Source: Malacoraja senta | Taxonomy: Eukaryota | Reading direction: 5' to 3' | Length of the DNA: 64,000 nucleotides | NCBI GenBank assembly: GCA_038087875.1 | Contig: JAXLNO010000275.1 | Coordinates: 1 to 64,000, forward strand | Shown here: positions 13,179-26,052 of the stretch, in pieces | Position numbering within the stretch: position 1 is the stretch's first letter | Layout: the number at the start of each line of letters is the position of its first letter | The notes under the pieces: model-generated | The model's database searches: none | What the model was told of the DNA's origin: nothing | Seen by the model: the letters and a program-made list of their open reading frames with translations, nothing else | Program-made: the position numbers and the translations under genes

Positions 13179-16100
13179 CTGCAAGAGATCAGAATACATC
13201 ATCGGTGAGCTTCATTGTCTACCTCCTTCTCAGTTTCCAAATTTTCAGTTTCGTTCATTGTCAAAGATAGACAAAAAAAAAATGCTGGGACAGGCAGGGA
13301 GCATCTCTGGAGAGAAGGAATGGGTGACGTTTCGGGTCGAGACCCTTCTTCAGGCTGAGAGTAAGTCTGAAGAAGGGTCTCGACCCGAAACGTCGCCCAT
13401 TCCTTCGCTCCAGATATACTGCCAGTCCCGCTGAGTTACTGAAGATCAGTCCATTCCTTCTCTCCAAAGATACTGCCTGTCCCGCCGAGTTACTCCAGCA
13501 TCTGCAGTTCCTTCCCACACATCTAGTTTATTGTCACGCGTACCGAGCTACAGTGAAAAGCTTTTCTTGCTTGCTAACGGAACAATACGTGATTACAATC
13601 GATCCATTTACAGTGTACAGATACAGGATAAAGGGAATAGCAATGTTGCTGTGGGAATAGTGATTTAAGAGTGTGGAGCGATTGTAACATGAGTTTGTAG
13701 AACTGCTTCTGTGGCTAGAACGCAAACAGTCGCATGGGTATGGGCGCCATCTTTTCACCTAGCCCACAGCTACCAATGACCTGCTTCCTTTACCATCGTT
13801 ACTTTTTTGCATATCTTTCATTCATTTGTTCCACATATCTCCACATCACCGTCTATATCTCGTTTTCCCTTTCCCCCGACTCTCAGTCCGAAGAAGGGTC
13901 TCGACCCGAAACGTCACCCGTTCCTTCTCTCCAGAGGTGCTGCCCTGTCCCATTACTACGCTCAGTTACTCCAGCATTTTGTGTCCGTCTTCAGTGAGAT
14001 TCCAACTTGCTGGCAGCCTAACAAGTGTGCAAGCACAGTACTCGATATAATAATATGATACACGTACAAAGTTCAATAAATAAAAACCCAATATAGTGCA
14101 AATAGGGGCAAAGCCCAACGTCTGAAGGCAATCCATCCTTTAGTTGGTTGAAGTGTTCAACAGCCTGATGGTTGCCATAATCTGGGAGTCATAGAGTGAT
14201 ACAGTGTGGAAACAGGCCCTTCGGCCACCTTGCCCAACATGTCCCAGCTACACTAGTCCCACCCGCTAGCGTTTGGTCCATATCCCCCCAACCCTGTCCT
14301 ATCCATGTACCTATCTGTTTCTTAAACATTGGGATAGTCCCCAGCCTCAACTTCCTCCTCTGGCAGCTTGTTCCATACACCCACCACCCTCTGTGTGAAA
14401 AAGATACCACTCAGATTCCTATTAAATCTTTTCCCCTTCACCCTAAACCTATGTCCTCTGGCCCTCGATTCCCCTACTCTGGGCGTCTATCTGATCTATT
14501 TGTCTCATGATCTTATATACCTGTATAAGATCACCCCTCATCCTCCTGCACTCTAAGGAATAGATTCCTTGCAGGAGTGAAATGAGAGCGTGGGCAGGTT
14601 GGTGTAGGTCTCTGATGATGCTGGCTGCCATTTTGAGGCAGTGCCTCCTATAGATCCCTTCAACAGTGGGTGGGGGGGGGGGGGGGGGGGGGAGGTCAGT
14701 ACCCGTGATGGGCCGGGCAGTCCCCACCACTTTATGCAATCATCTTTGCCACCCCTGTATCTCCGAGATGCTGCGTGCCCTGCGGAGTTACTCCAGCACG
14801 TTGTGCCTCTCTTTGGTATAAACCAGCGTCTGCAGTTCCTTGTTTCTACAGACCAGTGTATGGGTGATTGGTTGGCGCGGACAAAAGTGGCAGTAGAATG
14901 GGGGTTGAGAGGGAAAGGTAGATCAGCCATGATTCAAATGTGTAAGAAGGAACTGCAGATGCTGGTTTGAATCGAAGAGCGACCACAAAAAGCTGGAGTA
15001 ACTCAGCGGGACAGGCAGCATCTGTGGAGAGAAGGAATGTCTGCTGAAGAAGGGTCTCGACCCGAAACATCATCCATTCCTTCTCTCCAGAGATGCTGCC
15101 TGTCCCACTGAGTTACTCCAGTTTTTGTGTGTAGCCATGATTGAATGATGGGATAGTCTTGATGGGCCGAACTGCTCCTAGGACTTACGAACTTACGAGA
15201 AGAAGTTGCTCATTCACCCAATCTATTCTTCTCATGATCTCGTACACCTCTATAAGATTACCTCTCATCCTCCTGCGCTCCAAGGAATAATGTCCTAGCC
15301 TGCTCAACCTCTCCCTACAGCTCAGGTCCTCGAGTCCTGGCAACATCTTCATAAAGCTCACTATTTTTCTAACGATGGAATAACTTCTCCTGATTTATCA
15401 AAACAAACCTAATTTTGAATCCTCTCTGCTCCAAGTCACTCATCCCTGGACCCCATTCCAGTGGATTTTTCCTCTTTCCAATTTTTTGACATCCTTCCTG
15501 GGTGTGAACGCTGGAATTGGACCAAAAACTAGTTTGGTTTAGTGACGCATCACATAAACAGGCCATTCGGCCCACCACGCTCGTGCCGACCAGCGATCCC
15601 GGCACATCAACACTACCCGACACACACTAGGGACAGTTTACATTTACACCAAGCCAATCAACCTACAAACCTGACACGTCCTTGGAGTGTGGGAGGAAAC
15701 CGAAGATCTCGGGGGAAAACGTACAAAACTCCGTACAAACGGGGCTCCTAGTGGGAATCGAACCCCGGGTCTCCGGCGCTGTAAGGCAGCAATTCTACTC
15801 CTGCAACACTGGAGTGATACAACTTGCCTTTATTACCATTCAATCACAGCTGATCTATCTTTCCCTCTCAACCCCAATCTCCTGCCTTCTCCCCATTAAC
15901 CCCCGACACCCGTACTAATCAAGAATCTATCAATCTCCAACTTAGCCTCCACAGCTGCCTGTGGCAACGAATTCCACAGATTCACCACCCTCTGATTACA
16001 TAAATCCCTTCTCATCTCCCTTCTAATGGTACGTCCTTTTATTCTGAGGCTATGGACTCTCCAACTAGTGGAAACATCCTCTCCACATCAACCATATCCA

Positions 16101-18127
16101 GGCCTTTCACAGTCTGCGGAGTCACATAAAACTGGGCCCTCTGATCCACGAGGGTTAGTCTGAAGAAAGGCTCCGACCCGAAACGTCATCTATCTGTGAC
16201 CTCCAGAGATGCCTGCCTGACCAGCTGAGTTAATCTAGTACTGTGCATCTTTTTATGGCTTGTCTAACAATTCTACGTTTCCTTGTGATCGCATGGGAAG
16301 AATATATTTTTACATTCCAGGTCATTACCCAAATTGCCAAACCTAACTTAGCCTTCCTTTCATCAGTTCCACCTCCAGTTTAAATTCCATTTGGAATATT
16401 TTGGAGGCCCAAGAAACCAAGAACCAAGTTAGAGCGCGGTCCTGACCTCCCATCTACCTCACTGGAGGCCACAGTGGGCTGTGGAGGCCAAGTCAATGGA
16501 TATTTTTCTGGCAGAGATAAATAGATTCTTGATTAGTACAGGTGTCGGGGGTTATGGGGAAAAGGCAGGAGAATGGGGTTAAGAGGGAGGGATAGATCAG
16601 CCATGATTGAATGGTGGAGTAGACTTGATGGGCTGAATGGCCTAATTTTTCTCCTATCACTTATGAGCTTTGAACTTTATTTAATCGGACTTTTTTGCAC
16701 TAAACACTTTTATGTTTGTACTCTGGACTGTTTGATTGCATTCATATGGGTCTTTTTTTAAACTGTGTTGCAGGCAAACAAAAGCTTTTCACTGTATCTC
16801 AGTGCAGATGACAATTATAAACTAAACTAAACATTTTAATTCCACAGTCAATTAAAAGATCTGAACTACTGTCTCCTGGTTTAGAGTCCAGGTCTCTGGT
16901 AAATAATCAAACACCAACAGACGAAAAAGGTAGGAGGATTTTTCCCTTTCTCCTCAAACAAAAGATCACATCAATAGCTCCACATCCTCCTGGGGTATAG
17001 GAAGAAACCGCTTACCCGATCAGATCACAATAGGCTTTACAGGCCTGCGTAACCATGGCAACACAGGTAGGCCGAAGCAGCCTACTGAAGCAGTAATTGT
17101 GAATTCCAAATCCCTACAAGGCAAGTTTGATTAAATTCAACAATAGCACCCAAATTGAGAAGTGAACCGTTGCACATTGCAGCGGCTTTGCAGACAAGAT
17201 ACGCAAAATTGTGGGGACAAGAAAGGACGCCACAGTGCTGGAGTAACTCGGCAGGGCAGGCAGCATCTCTGGAGAACATGGATGGGTGATGTTTCCGGTC
17301 AGGGCCGTTCTTTAGACCTAGTCTCAGGTCACACTTTAAGAATAAGGGGGTCGGCCATTTAGGACTGAGATGAGGAAAAACGTTTTCACCCTAAAACTAA
17401 CTTCTTCACCGAGACGGGGCCGGACACGGTGCTCCGACCCGACAGTCCCCTCGAACCCGAGTAGTAGCAGTCAAATACGGGACAAAGGCGGTCCTGTACG
17501 GGACAAACCAATTTAGCCCAATATACGGGATGTCCCGGCTAATACGGGACAGTTGGCAACCCTACACTCACCACCCTTTGTGTGGAAAAGGTTACCCCTC
17601 ACATTCCTATTAAATCTTTTCCCCTTCACCTTGAACCTAAGTCCTCTGGTCCTCGATTCCCCTCAACTCAAGTCAGCTCAAGTTTCGGCCTAGGATCGGA
17701 AGTGAATGTGCTGAGCGGATTCAGAACCTCTGATGCAGCCCACTGCCCTCGTTCATGAACGCAAAAGGCGCAAAGCTTGGAACAAAGTGCGCGTCTGTTT
17801 ATTCAAGGCTCTCCACTGTGCCTCTGGAACTGCCAGAGAGCTTGCCCGTCACATGGCAACCCCTTTAAAGGGCTGAGGGCCTTGAAGTGACAACCCATTG
17901 TTCACAACCAAATAACCAAACTAACTTGAAGAAACAAAGAACCGCAGAGTCCGGTTCATAAATGAAAGGACACAAAGCGCTGGAGTAACACCAGCGGGTC
18001 AGGGGGCATCTCCGGAGAAGATGGACAGGGTGGAGAAACCAAAGAACTGCAGATGGGCCTCGACCCGAAACGTCACCCATTCCTTCACTCCAGAGATGGT
18101 GCCCGTCACTCCAGCTTTGTGTGTCCA

Positions 18128-18370
18128 AATTGGTTATTCGATCCAATTTGTGATTCCAGCTACCAAGACAGATGTGTACAGCAATTAGTTCTTCCCCCGC
18201 ACAATTAAAGCATGGAATAATCTCCACCCTACTGTCACACTGTTACCCAACCAGATGCAACTAAATTTAAGGTAGCTCTTTCTTCCCAAAAAACCCTTTC
18301 TGGCTTAAGTCCTCCCTCCACCACCTCCAGTTTTAATTCCGTTTGGAATATTTTGGAGGACCAAGAAACT
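18128..18370 (+). mobile_element. LINE 3' end of the CR1/L2 group (third family); inverted copy at ~21090-21330
   Basis: SIQFVIPATKTDVYSN*FFPRTIKAWNNLHP with a ccaagaa tail. A tail-only piece lies at ~16368-16428. Confidence 0.65.
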
Positions 18371-19261
18371 GCAGATGCTGATCAATTCACAAAAGGAATA
18401 GAAACAAAGAACTGAAGTGGCGTTACAGGTAGATAGGGTGGTCAAGAAAGCTTTTGGCACCTTGGCTTTCATCTGTAAGGTTATGGAGTACAGAAGTTGT
18501 GTGTATTATGTTACAGCTGTACAAGGACCTTGTACGTGACCACATTTGGAGAAGAGTCATAGAGTCTTAACAGCATGGTAAGCCTTCAGCCCAACTTGCC
18601 CACACCGGCCAACGATGTCCCATTTACACTAATCCCACCTGCCTACGTTTGGCTCATATCCCTTTAAACCTGTCCTATCCATGCACCTGTCTAATATTTC
18701 TTAACGTCACGATAGTACCCTGCCTCAACTACCTCCTCCAACAGTTCGTTCCATACACCCAACACCCTTTGTGTGAAAAAGTTACCCTTCGGGGTTCCTA
18801 TTAAATCTTTACCCGCCCCTCACCTTGAACCCATCTCCATTCCCCTACTCTTTACCCGAGCTATTCCTCTGATGATTTTTTTGCATCTCTGGATAAATAG
18901 GACGGGTGACGTTTCTGGTCGGGACCCTGTCCTACTAAGTCAGACTGTACAAAAGATAGACACAAAAGGCTGGAGTAACTCAGCGGGACGGGCAGCATCT
19001 CTGGAGCGAAGGAATGGGTGACGTTTCAGGTCGAGGACCCCTTCTTCAGACTAGTTTATAGTCTTCAGGTTATACAATATGATCGTCTCTTGTTCCCCAA
19101 CAATGAATAATGATGCAACGTGACCAGTCCTTTCTCATCACCCAACCCCCTTCATTTCAGAAGACAAGGTCTACAAACCCCAATGGCCAAGGAAGGTGTC
19201 CACCTTTGGCATCTGGGCTTGTACAGGGATAGATCAGCGACCTAACCAGGTGGGGCGAGAC

Positions 19262-19988
19262 TTAGTTTAGTTTAGTGTTACGGCGCGGAAGCTGGCCCTT
19301 CAGCCCATCTAGTCCGTGCTGACCAGCGATCCCCGCACTCCAACACTATCCCACACCCACTATGGACAATCTTACATCGATACCAAGCCAATTAACCTAC
19401 AAACATGTACGTCACTGGAGTGTGGGTGGAAACCGAAGATCTCGGAGAAAACCCCCTCCTCATCCTGGAACTGGATCCATGTCTAGGAAGGAACTGCAGA
19501 TGCTGTTTATTTTATTTTAGTTTAGAGATACAGCGCAGAAACAGGCCCTTCGGCCCACCGAGTCCGTGCCGACCAGCGACCCCCACACACTAACACTATC
19601 CTACACACATTAGGGGACAATTTCACATTGATACCAATGCCCATTAACCTACAAAACTCTACGTCTTTGGAGTTTAGTTTAGTTTATTTTAGAGATACAG
19701 CGCAGAAACAGGCCCTTCGGCCCACCGGGTCCGTGCCGACCAGCGATCCCCGCACATTAACACTATCCTACACACACTGGGGACAATGTTTACATTCACC
19801 AAGCCAATTAACCTACAAACCTGTTCGTCTTTGCAGTGCGGGAGGAAAACCGAAGATCTCCGAGCAAACGCAGGTAGATCACGGGGAGAACGTACAAACT
19901 CCGTACAGACAGCACCGGTAGTCGGGATCGAACCGGGGTCTCCGGCGCTGTAAGGCAGCAACTCTAACGCTGCGCCACCGTGCTGCCC
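19262..19988 (-). mobile_element. Cluster of three V-SINE copies (two partial, one full at ~19672-19988)
   Basis: Repeated tttagagatacagcgc...ggcccttcggccc tails. The last copy has a full head. Confidence 0.8.
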
Positions 19989-20579
19989 TGATGTTGATGG
20001 GGATGTTGGAAAGGTGCAACACATTCCTCCAGTGTTTTACCCGCAATGCAAGAGTCTATTAAACACAGGGCTTCAACTTGCCTGCTGTCGCCAAACCTGT
20101 AATTACAGGCTTTGTATCAATTATGGGGAAGGGGATTGAACGCACTCTAATCAGGTCCGTAAGCCAAGCTGCGGCTGAGATTGTGCATTCCCCACCGAGA
20201 TCCTGCAGGGAGTCCAAAGCAACAGCTAAACAACTTGCTCTTACTTCGTGCTTGTAATGCAGCGAAACCTGCGGCCCGCAGATCCATTGACGTTGAATCT
20301 CACCAGGAGATGCCGCACCCCACACCCACAACACACACACACACACAGGGAAGGTTCACTCACTCTTCAAAGCTCATCTTGGCTGCTCTTCAACCACGAG
20401 TCCGAATCGTAGAACACGGAAACAAACCTGCGTGTGTGTAGCAAGCAACTGCAGGCGCTGGTTTACACCGAAGATGGGACACAACATGCTGGAGTAACTC
20501 AGCGGGGACAGGCAGCATCTCTGAACGGAAGGAATGGGTGACGTCACAGGTCTGCACTGTCCATGGGCAGTCCGTTGCC

Positions 20580-20950
20580 TCAAATAAGGCTGCCAGCATC
20601 ATCAAGGATCCACACCATCCTGGCCACTCACTCATCTCCCTGCTGGCCTTCAGGTAGAAGGTACAGGACCCTGAAATCTGCAACATCCAGGTTCAGGAAT
20701 AGCTGCTTCCCCACAGCCATCAGGCTATTAAACCTCCTCAACAAAACTCTGAATATTAATAGCCCAATGCACTTTATCTGATTATATATATTTATGTGTG
20801 TGTATATATATTTTCAATAGTATATGGACACACTGATCTGTTCTGTATTTATTTATGCCTACTATATTCTGTTGTGCTGAAGCAAAGCAAGAATCTCATT
20901 GTCCTATCTGGGACACATGACAATAAACTCACTTGAATCTTGATCCTTGA
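20580..20950 (+). mobile_element. Rex1/Babar-clade LINE 3' end (different subfamily)
   Basis: AASIIKDPHHPGHS...PSGRRYRTLKSATSRFRNSCFPTAIRLLN, with a cttgaatcttga tail. Confidence 0.75.
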
Positions 20951-20957
20951 ATGCATA

Positions 20958-21063
20958 AATAAATAAGTCAAAACATCAAAGACAATAAGTCAAACATCAA
21001 GACAATAAATCAAAGCATCAAGGACAATAAGTCAAAACATCAAGACAATAAGTCAAAACATCA
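20958..21063. repeat. Minisatellite, ~21-22 bp unit GACAATAAGTCAAAACATCAA x5
   Basis: Seen directly. Confidence 0.85.
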
Positions 21064-21924
21064 TACAGTGTGGAAAGACTTATTGGATATGCTTGGTTCT
21101 TCTTCATGGCCCTCCAAAATATTCCAAAGGGAATCTAAACTGGAGGTGGCGTAGGGTGGACTTAATCCAAAAAAGGGTCTTGGCGAAGTACTACATTAAA
21201 TTTAGTTGCGTCCGGTTGAATAACTATGGTAGGGTGAAGACTTTTCTATGCTTTAATTGTGCGAGGGAAGAACGAACTGCTGTACACATCTGTCTTGGTG
21301 GCTGGGTATCTCAAATTGGATCGAATGCCCCCTCGTCTGCTCCCAATAGGTTTTGGTTTGGTGTAGGTTTGGTTATCTGTGTCGAGCTGACCATTTGACA
21401 TTTTGTAAGAACAGGTCAAACGGTGAGCTTTACGTCTGTCGGAGAGGGTTCCACCCCGACCAGTGAATTCAGATGTTTGCTAACACTCGCTTCTCTATCA
21501 CTCACACATAGGTATTCGTAACAAATCCAGCTGCCTGTCTTTGGACACGTTTTGATGGAAGGAATGTTTCTATTTGTGTATGGGGTCCCATGCTGCAAAC
21601 TGCGTGGTCCAAATGTGGTCTAACCAGGGGTAAAGTAGAACTTCTCCTTGATAGAAGTTGAACCAACGATGTAAGTTTGGTCTCAGAAAATTTAGGGACA
21701 CCTGTTGCATTAGATGTTCCCCACTTGGATTGTTTTTTCTCTGGATGTCGGAGACTTATAGAATGGTCTCGGCTCGAAATGTCACCCGTTCCTTCTCTCC
21801 AGAGATGCTGCCCGTCCCGCTGAGTTACTCCAGCATTTTGTGCCCGTGGCAGAGTTCATTTTCTGCTCATTCGGACTCTTTTCTGCACCAGCTGCCGCCC
21901 GCCCGGCAGTGTTTAAGTGCCGTT

Positions 21925-22447
21925 TGACAATAGACAATAGGTGCAGGAGTAGGCCATTCAGCCCTTCAAGCCAGCTACCGCCTTCAATGTGATCATGGCT
22001 GATCATCCCCAATCAGTACCCCCGTTCCTGCCTTCTCCCCATATCCCCTGACTCCGCTATCTTTAAGAGCCCTATCTAGCTCTCTCTTTGAAAGTATCCA
22101 GAGAACCGGCCTCCACCGCCCTCTGAGGCTGAGAATTCTAACAGACTCACAACTCTCTGTGAGAAAAAGTGTTACCTCGTCTCCGTTCGTAAATGGGCTT
22201 ACCCCTTATTCTTAAACTGTGTGGCCCCTGGTTCTGTACTCCCCCAACATCGGGAACATGTTTCCTGCCTCTAGCGTGTTCAAACCCTTAATAATCTTAT
22301 ATGTTTACAATAAGATCCCCTCTCATCCTTCTAAACCTCCAGAGTGTACCAAGCCCAGCTGCTCCATTCTCTCCGCATATGACAGTCCCACCATCTCTGG
22401 AATTAACCTGGTGAACCTACGCTGCACTCTCCTCAATAGCAAGAATA
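21925..22447 (-). mobile_element. CR1 LINE 3' fragment
   Basis: VQRRFTRLIPEMVGLSYAERMEQLGL in the minus-strand ORF, plus a CR1 tail. Confidence 0.85.
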
Positions 22448-22530
22448 TTAGTTTATTCCTGTGTCCCTCGCTAATGCAGTCACTTGCCAAACAGCACCCA
22501 CACAGACACAGACACAGACACACACACACT

Positions 22531-22889
22531 TCTGTCGTGGGCCTCCTCCATGGCCAGAGTGAGATCCACCATAAATTGGAGGAGCAACACCTCATATTTC
22601 GCTTGGGCAAGTTTACACCCCCAGCAGTACGAACCATTGACTTCTCCAATTTCAGGTAGTCCCTACTTTCTCCTCCCCTTCCCAGCTCTCCCTCAGCCCA
22701 CTGTCCTCCGCCTCTTCCTTTCTTCTTCGAGCCCCCCACCCCCCACCCTCACATCAGTCTGAAGAAGGGTCTCGACCCGAAAAGTCGCCTTAATTCCTTC
22801 GCTCCACAGATGCTGCCTCACCCGCTGAGTTCCTCCGGCATTTTTGTCTACCTTCGATTTTCCAGCATCTGCAGTTCTTTCTTCAACAC
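22531..22889 (+). mobile_element. Penelope-like element 3' fragment: GIY-YIG endonuclease C-terminus, pyrimidine-rich UTR and hammerhead-bearing terminus
   Basis: SVVGLLHGQSEIHHKLEEQHLIFRLG...IDFSNFR* resembles the R..(L)E..(W)I..L.T..P.GLN tail of PLE GIY-YIG domains. CTGAAGAAGGGTCTCGACCCGAAA follows at 22759. Confidence 0.78.
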
Positions 22890-25800
22890 AACAAAAAAAC
22901 CTGTTCTCTCATCTGAATGATAAAAGTTATTGGTCCCAACTCAGCCATCAGTCAGCCCCGTAAAAGCAATTATTATCAGCTCATTAACGCGGAGGACTGG
23001 GCCTTTTCGCACATTGCCGCTAAGCCAGTCCTTACCCCTCTTTCGAAGACTCAGAGCGAACAGCCAGTGAGAGCAGAGGTAACAGCGGCATGGAAGACAC
23101 CCTCACCAGCTGCCCACCTACTTGCAGTAGCGTGTTCGGGCAGCTTTAGTGAAGGGCTGGGGTAGCATAGAAACATATTTGCTGCAACCCATTTTGTAAA
23201 TGTGTTCAGGAAATATGCTGAATATACTCTAGTGAGCATCACTCTGTGGAAATAGAAAGAAGCAACCATGGTCTGATCTTAACAACACATAAGATTATTA
23301 AGGGTTTGGACACGCTAGAGGCAGGAAACATGTTCCCAATGTTGGGGGAGTCCAGAACCAGGGGCCACAGTTTATGAATAAGGGGTAAGCCATTGAGGCC
23401 AATCGTCTGGATGCTTTCAAGAGAGTTGGATAGAGTTCTTAACGATAGTGGAGCCAAGGGATAGAGGAAGAAGGCAGGAACGGGGTACTGATTGGGGATG
23501 ATCAGCCATGATCACAGTGAATGGCGGTGCTGGCTCGAAGGGCTGAATGGCCTACTCCTGCACCCATTGTCTATTGTCATTGCAGGTTCCAACTTCAGTC
23601 TGAAGAAGGGTCTCGACCTGAAACGTCACCCATTCCTTCTCTCCACAGATGCTGCCTGTCCCGCTGAGTTACTCCAGCTTTTTGTGTCTATCTTCGGTTT
23701 AAACCAGCATCTGCAGTTCCTTCATACACATTGCAAGTTCCTTGTCTATCATTAGACAATGGAATTGTCTGCCACAGATGGCAGTGGAGGCCAAATCATT
23801 GGATATACTCAAGAGCGAGTTAGATAGGGCTGACGGAATCAAGGGGTGTGAGGAGAAAGCAGGAAACATAGAAAATAGGTGCAGGAGCAGGCCATTCGGC
23901 CCTTCGAGCCAGCACCGCCATGCAATATGATCATGGCTGATCATCCCCAATCAGTACCCCGTGGTTCCGTTAGCCCTCGTTTGAAAACATCCAGTGAATT
24001 GGCCTCCACTGCCTTTTGTGGCAGAGAATTCCACAGATTCACAACTCTCTGGGTGAATAAGTTTTTTCCTCATCTCAGTCCTAAATGGCCGACCCCTTAT
24101 CTTTAAACTGTGATCCCTCTGGTTCTGAACTCCCCCAACATCGGGAACATTTTTCCTGCATCCAGCCTGTCCAATCCCTTAAGAATTTTATTTCACATAT
24201 TACCGATACGCCTGTCCTTATCCCTCTTTCAAAGGCTCCGAGCTGACAGCCAGCTGGAGCAGGGGTGATAGTCACAAGGCAGACACATTCACCAGCTGCC
24301 CACCTACTAGTGATATCAGTGGAGTGTTAGGGTTGCTTTAGTGAAGGGTTAGGGTAGACTAGGGTTGCCAACTGTCCCGTATTAGCCGGGACATCCCATA
24401 TATTGGGCTAAATTGGTTTGTCCCATACGGGTTTTCTCCACTGATGCTGCCCAACTTTCTCTGTGTTTCCTGCATCTTCTCGTTTTCAGGCCAAACCACT
24501 TCCTCTCCCAAACCTGGAACTGGATCTAAGTCCAGGAAGGAACTGCAAATGCTGGTCTAGCTTAGTTTAAAGATACCGTGCGGAAACAGGCCCTTCGGCC
24601 CACCGAGCCCGTACCGACCAGCGATCCCCGCACATTGACACTACCCAACACACACTAGGGACAATTTACACTTATACCAAGCCATTTAACCTTCAAACCT
24701 GCACATCTTTGGAGCGTGGGAGGAAACCGAAGATCTCGGGGGAAAACCCACGCGGGTCACGGGGAGAACGTACAAACTCCGTACAGACAGCACCTGTAGT
24801 CGGGATGGAACCCGGGTCTCTGGCGCCGTGAGGCAGCAACTCCACCGCTGGCGTTCTGATACCGACACAGATAGACAGCAAATGCTGGAGTAACTCAGCG
24901 GGAAAGGGAGCATCTCTGGATAGGAGTCTGCACCGACCAGCGATCCCCGCACACTAACACCATCCTACTCACAGACTAGGGACAATTTCCATTTATACCA
25001 AGCCATTCCTTCCATCCAGAGATGCTGCCTGTCCCGCTGAGTTACTGGGTCGAAGTAACCCTCTTATCGAATTTACCTCAGTATTAAAAAAAAACAATCA
25101 GCTGGAGCTAAGCTGTTGAATAGCCTCCCACCTCATAATCAGACTTAATGCAATTATCAATTAAGTGAGCCCTTCCTTAAGCTTATTAATTGCAAACCTG
25201 ATACATAATCTTTTCCGCGCAGTCAAACTCTGTGGGATTTCTTGCGTGTTAAAAACCGTTCACTTAGTGAATGTAGTTTAGTATAGAGATACAGGCCCTT
25301 CGACCCACCCATCCTTTTTTTTTAAATAAGAAGGTTTTTCAATAAGAAGAAGCAGATTGCCACAGATGGCTGTGGAGGCCAAGTTAGAGGATATTTTTAA
25401 GGCGGAGATTGATAGGTTGTTGATTAGTACGGGTGTCAGGGGTTATGGGGAGAAGGCAGGAGAATGAGAGAGATCGATCAGCCATGATTGAATGGCTGAG
25501 TAGGCTTGATGGGCCGAATGGCCTAATTCTGCTCCGATGACAAGAATTCATTCACTTACGTCATTGGAATCCAGCTATCGAGCGAGCATAAACCCCTCCC
25601 TTGGCTCAACATACAGATCCAATCGCCAGTGAGTTCCTGGCATGAAAAACCAGAGCGTAATGGTCGTAATAATCTTCTCAGAGAGGGAAGATTTAGAGCA
25701 CGGCACAGAATAAAGTCACTGGGTTGACTGCTTCAGATGTCGACAGAACCGCAGATTGGGGGGGTCACGTTAAAGGAACAGCAACCCACAAATCCCTGCA

Positions 25801-25896
25801 CCAATGCTCCAGAGACAGGTTTCAACACCACCTCGCCCGAGGAATTTTAATTCAATAAAATAAAATTGGAGTTAGGCAAACCTATCAAAGGCAATA

Positions 25897-26052
25897 GGGG
25901 TGGGAGATTGCAACCTTCACCTGGTCCGCCCTGTTTCGACGAATGCAATCAACCTGGCGTGCACGATCAAATAAGATCAAATAGAACAAGTTGGCCTACG
26001 ACTTCAGGCTGTGCACGACATACGCAAGAAGAAGAAGAAGAAGAAGAAGAAG
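25897..26052 (+). mobile_element. Short retroposed 3' end with a (GAA)n tail and a probable 12-bp TSD
   Basis: A GAA-repeat tail at ~26027-26052. The flanks are TCAAAGGCAATA (25885-25896) and TCAGAGGCAATA (26053-26064). Confidence 0.6.

Noticed and set aside
20110..20240. Faint resemblance to an ancient CR1 RT segment (..GIERTLIR..)
   Set aside because: It is too short, needs frameshifts and lacks the FADD motif, so it cannot be supported without a profile search.
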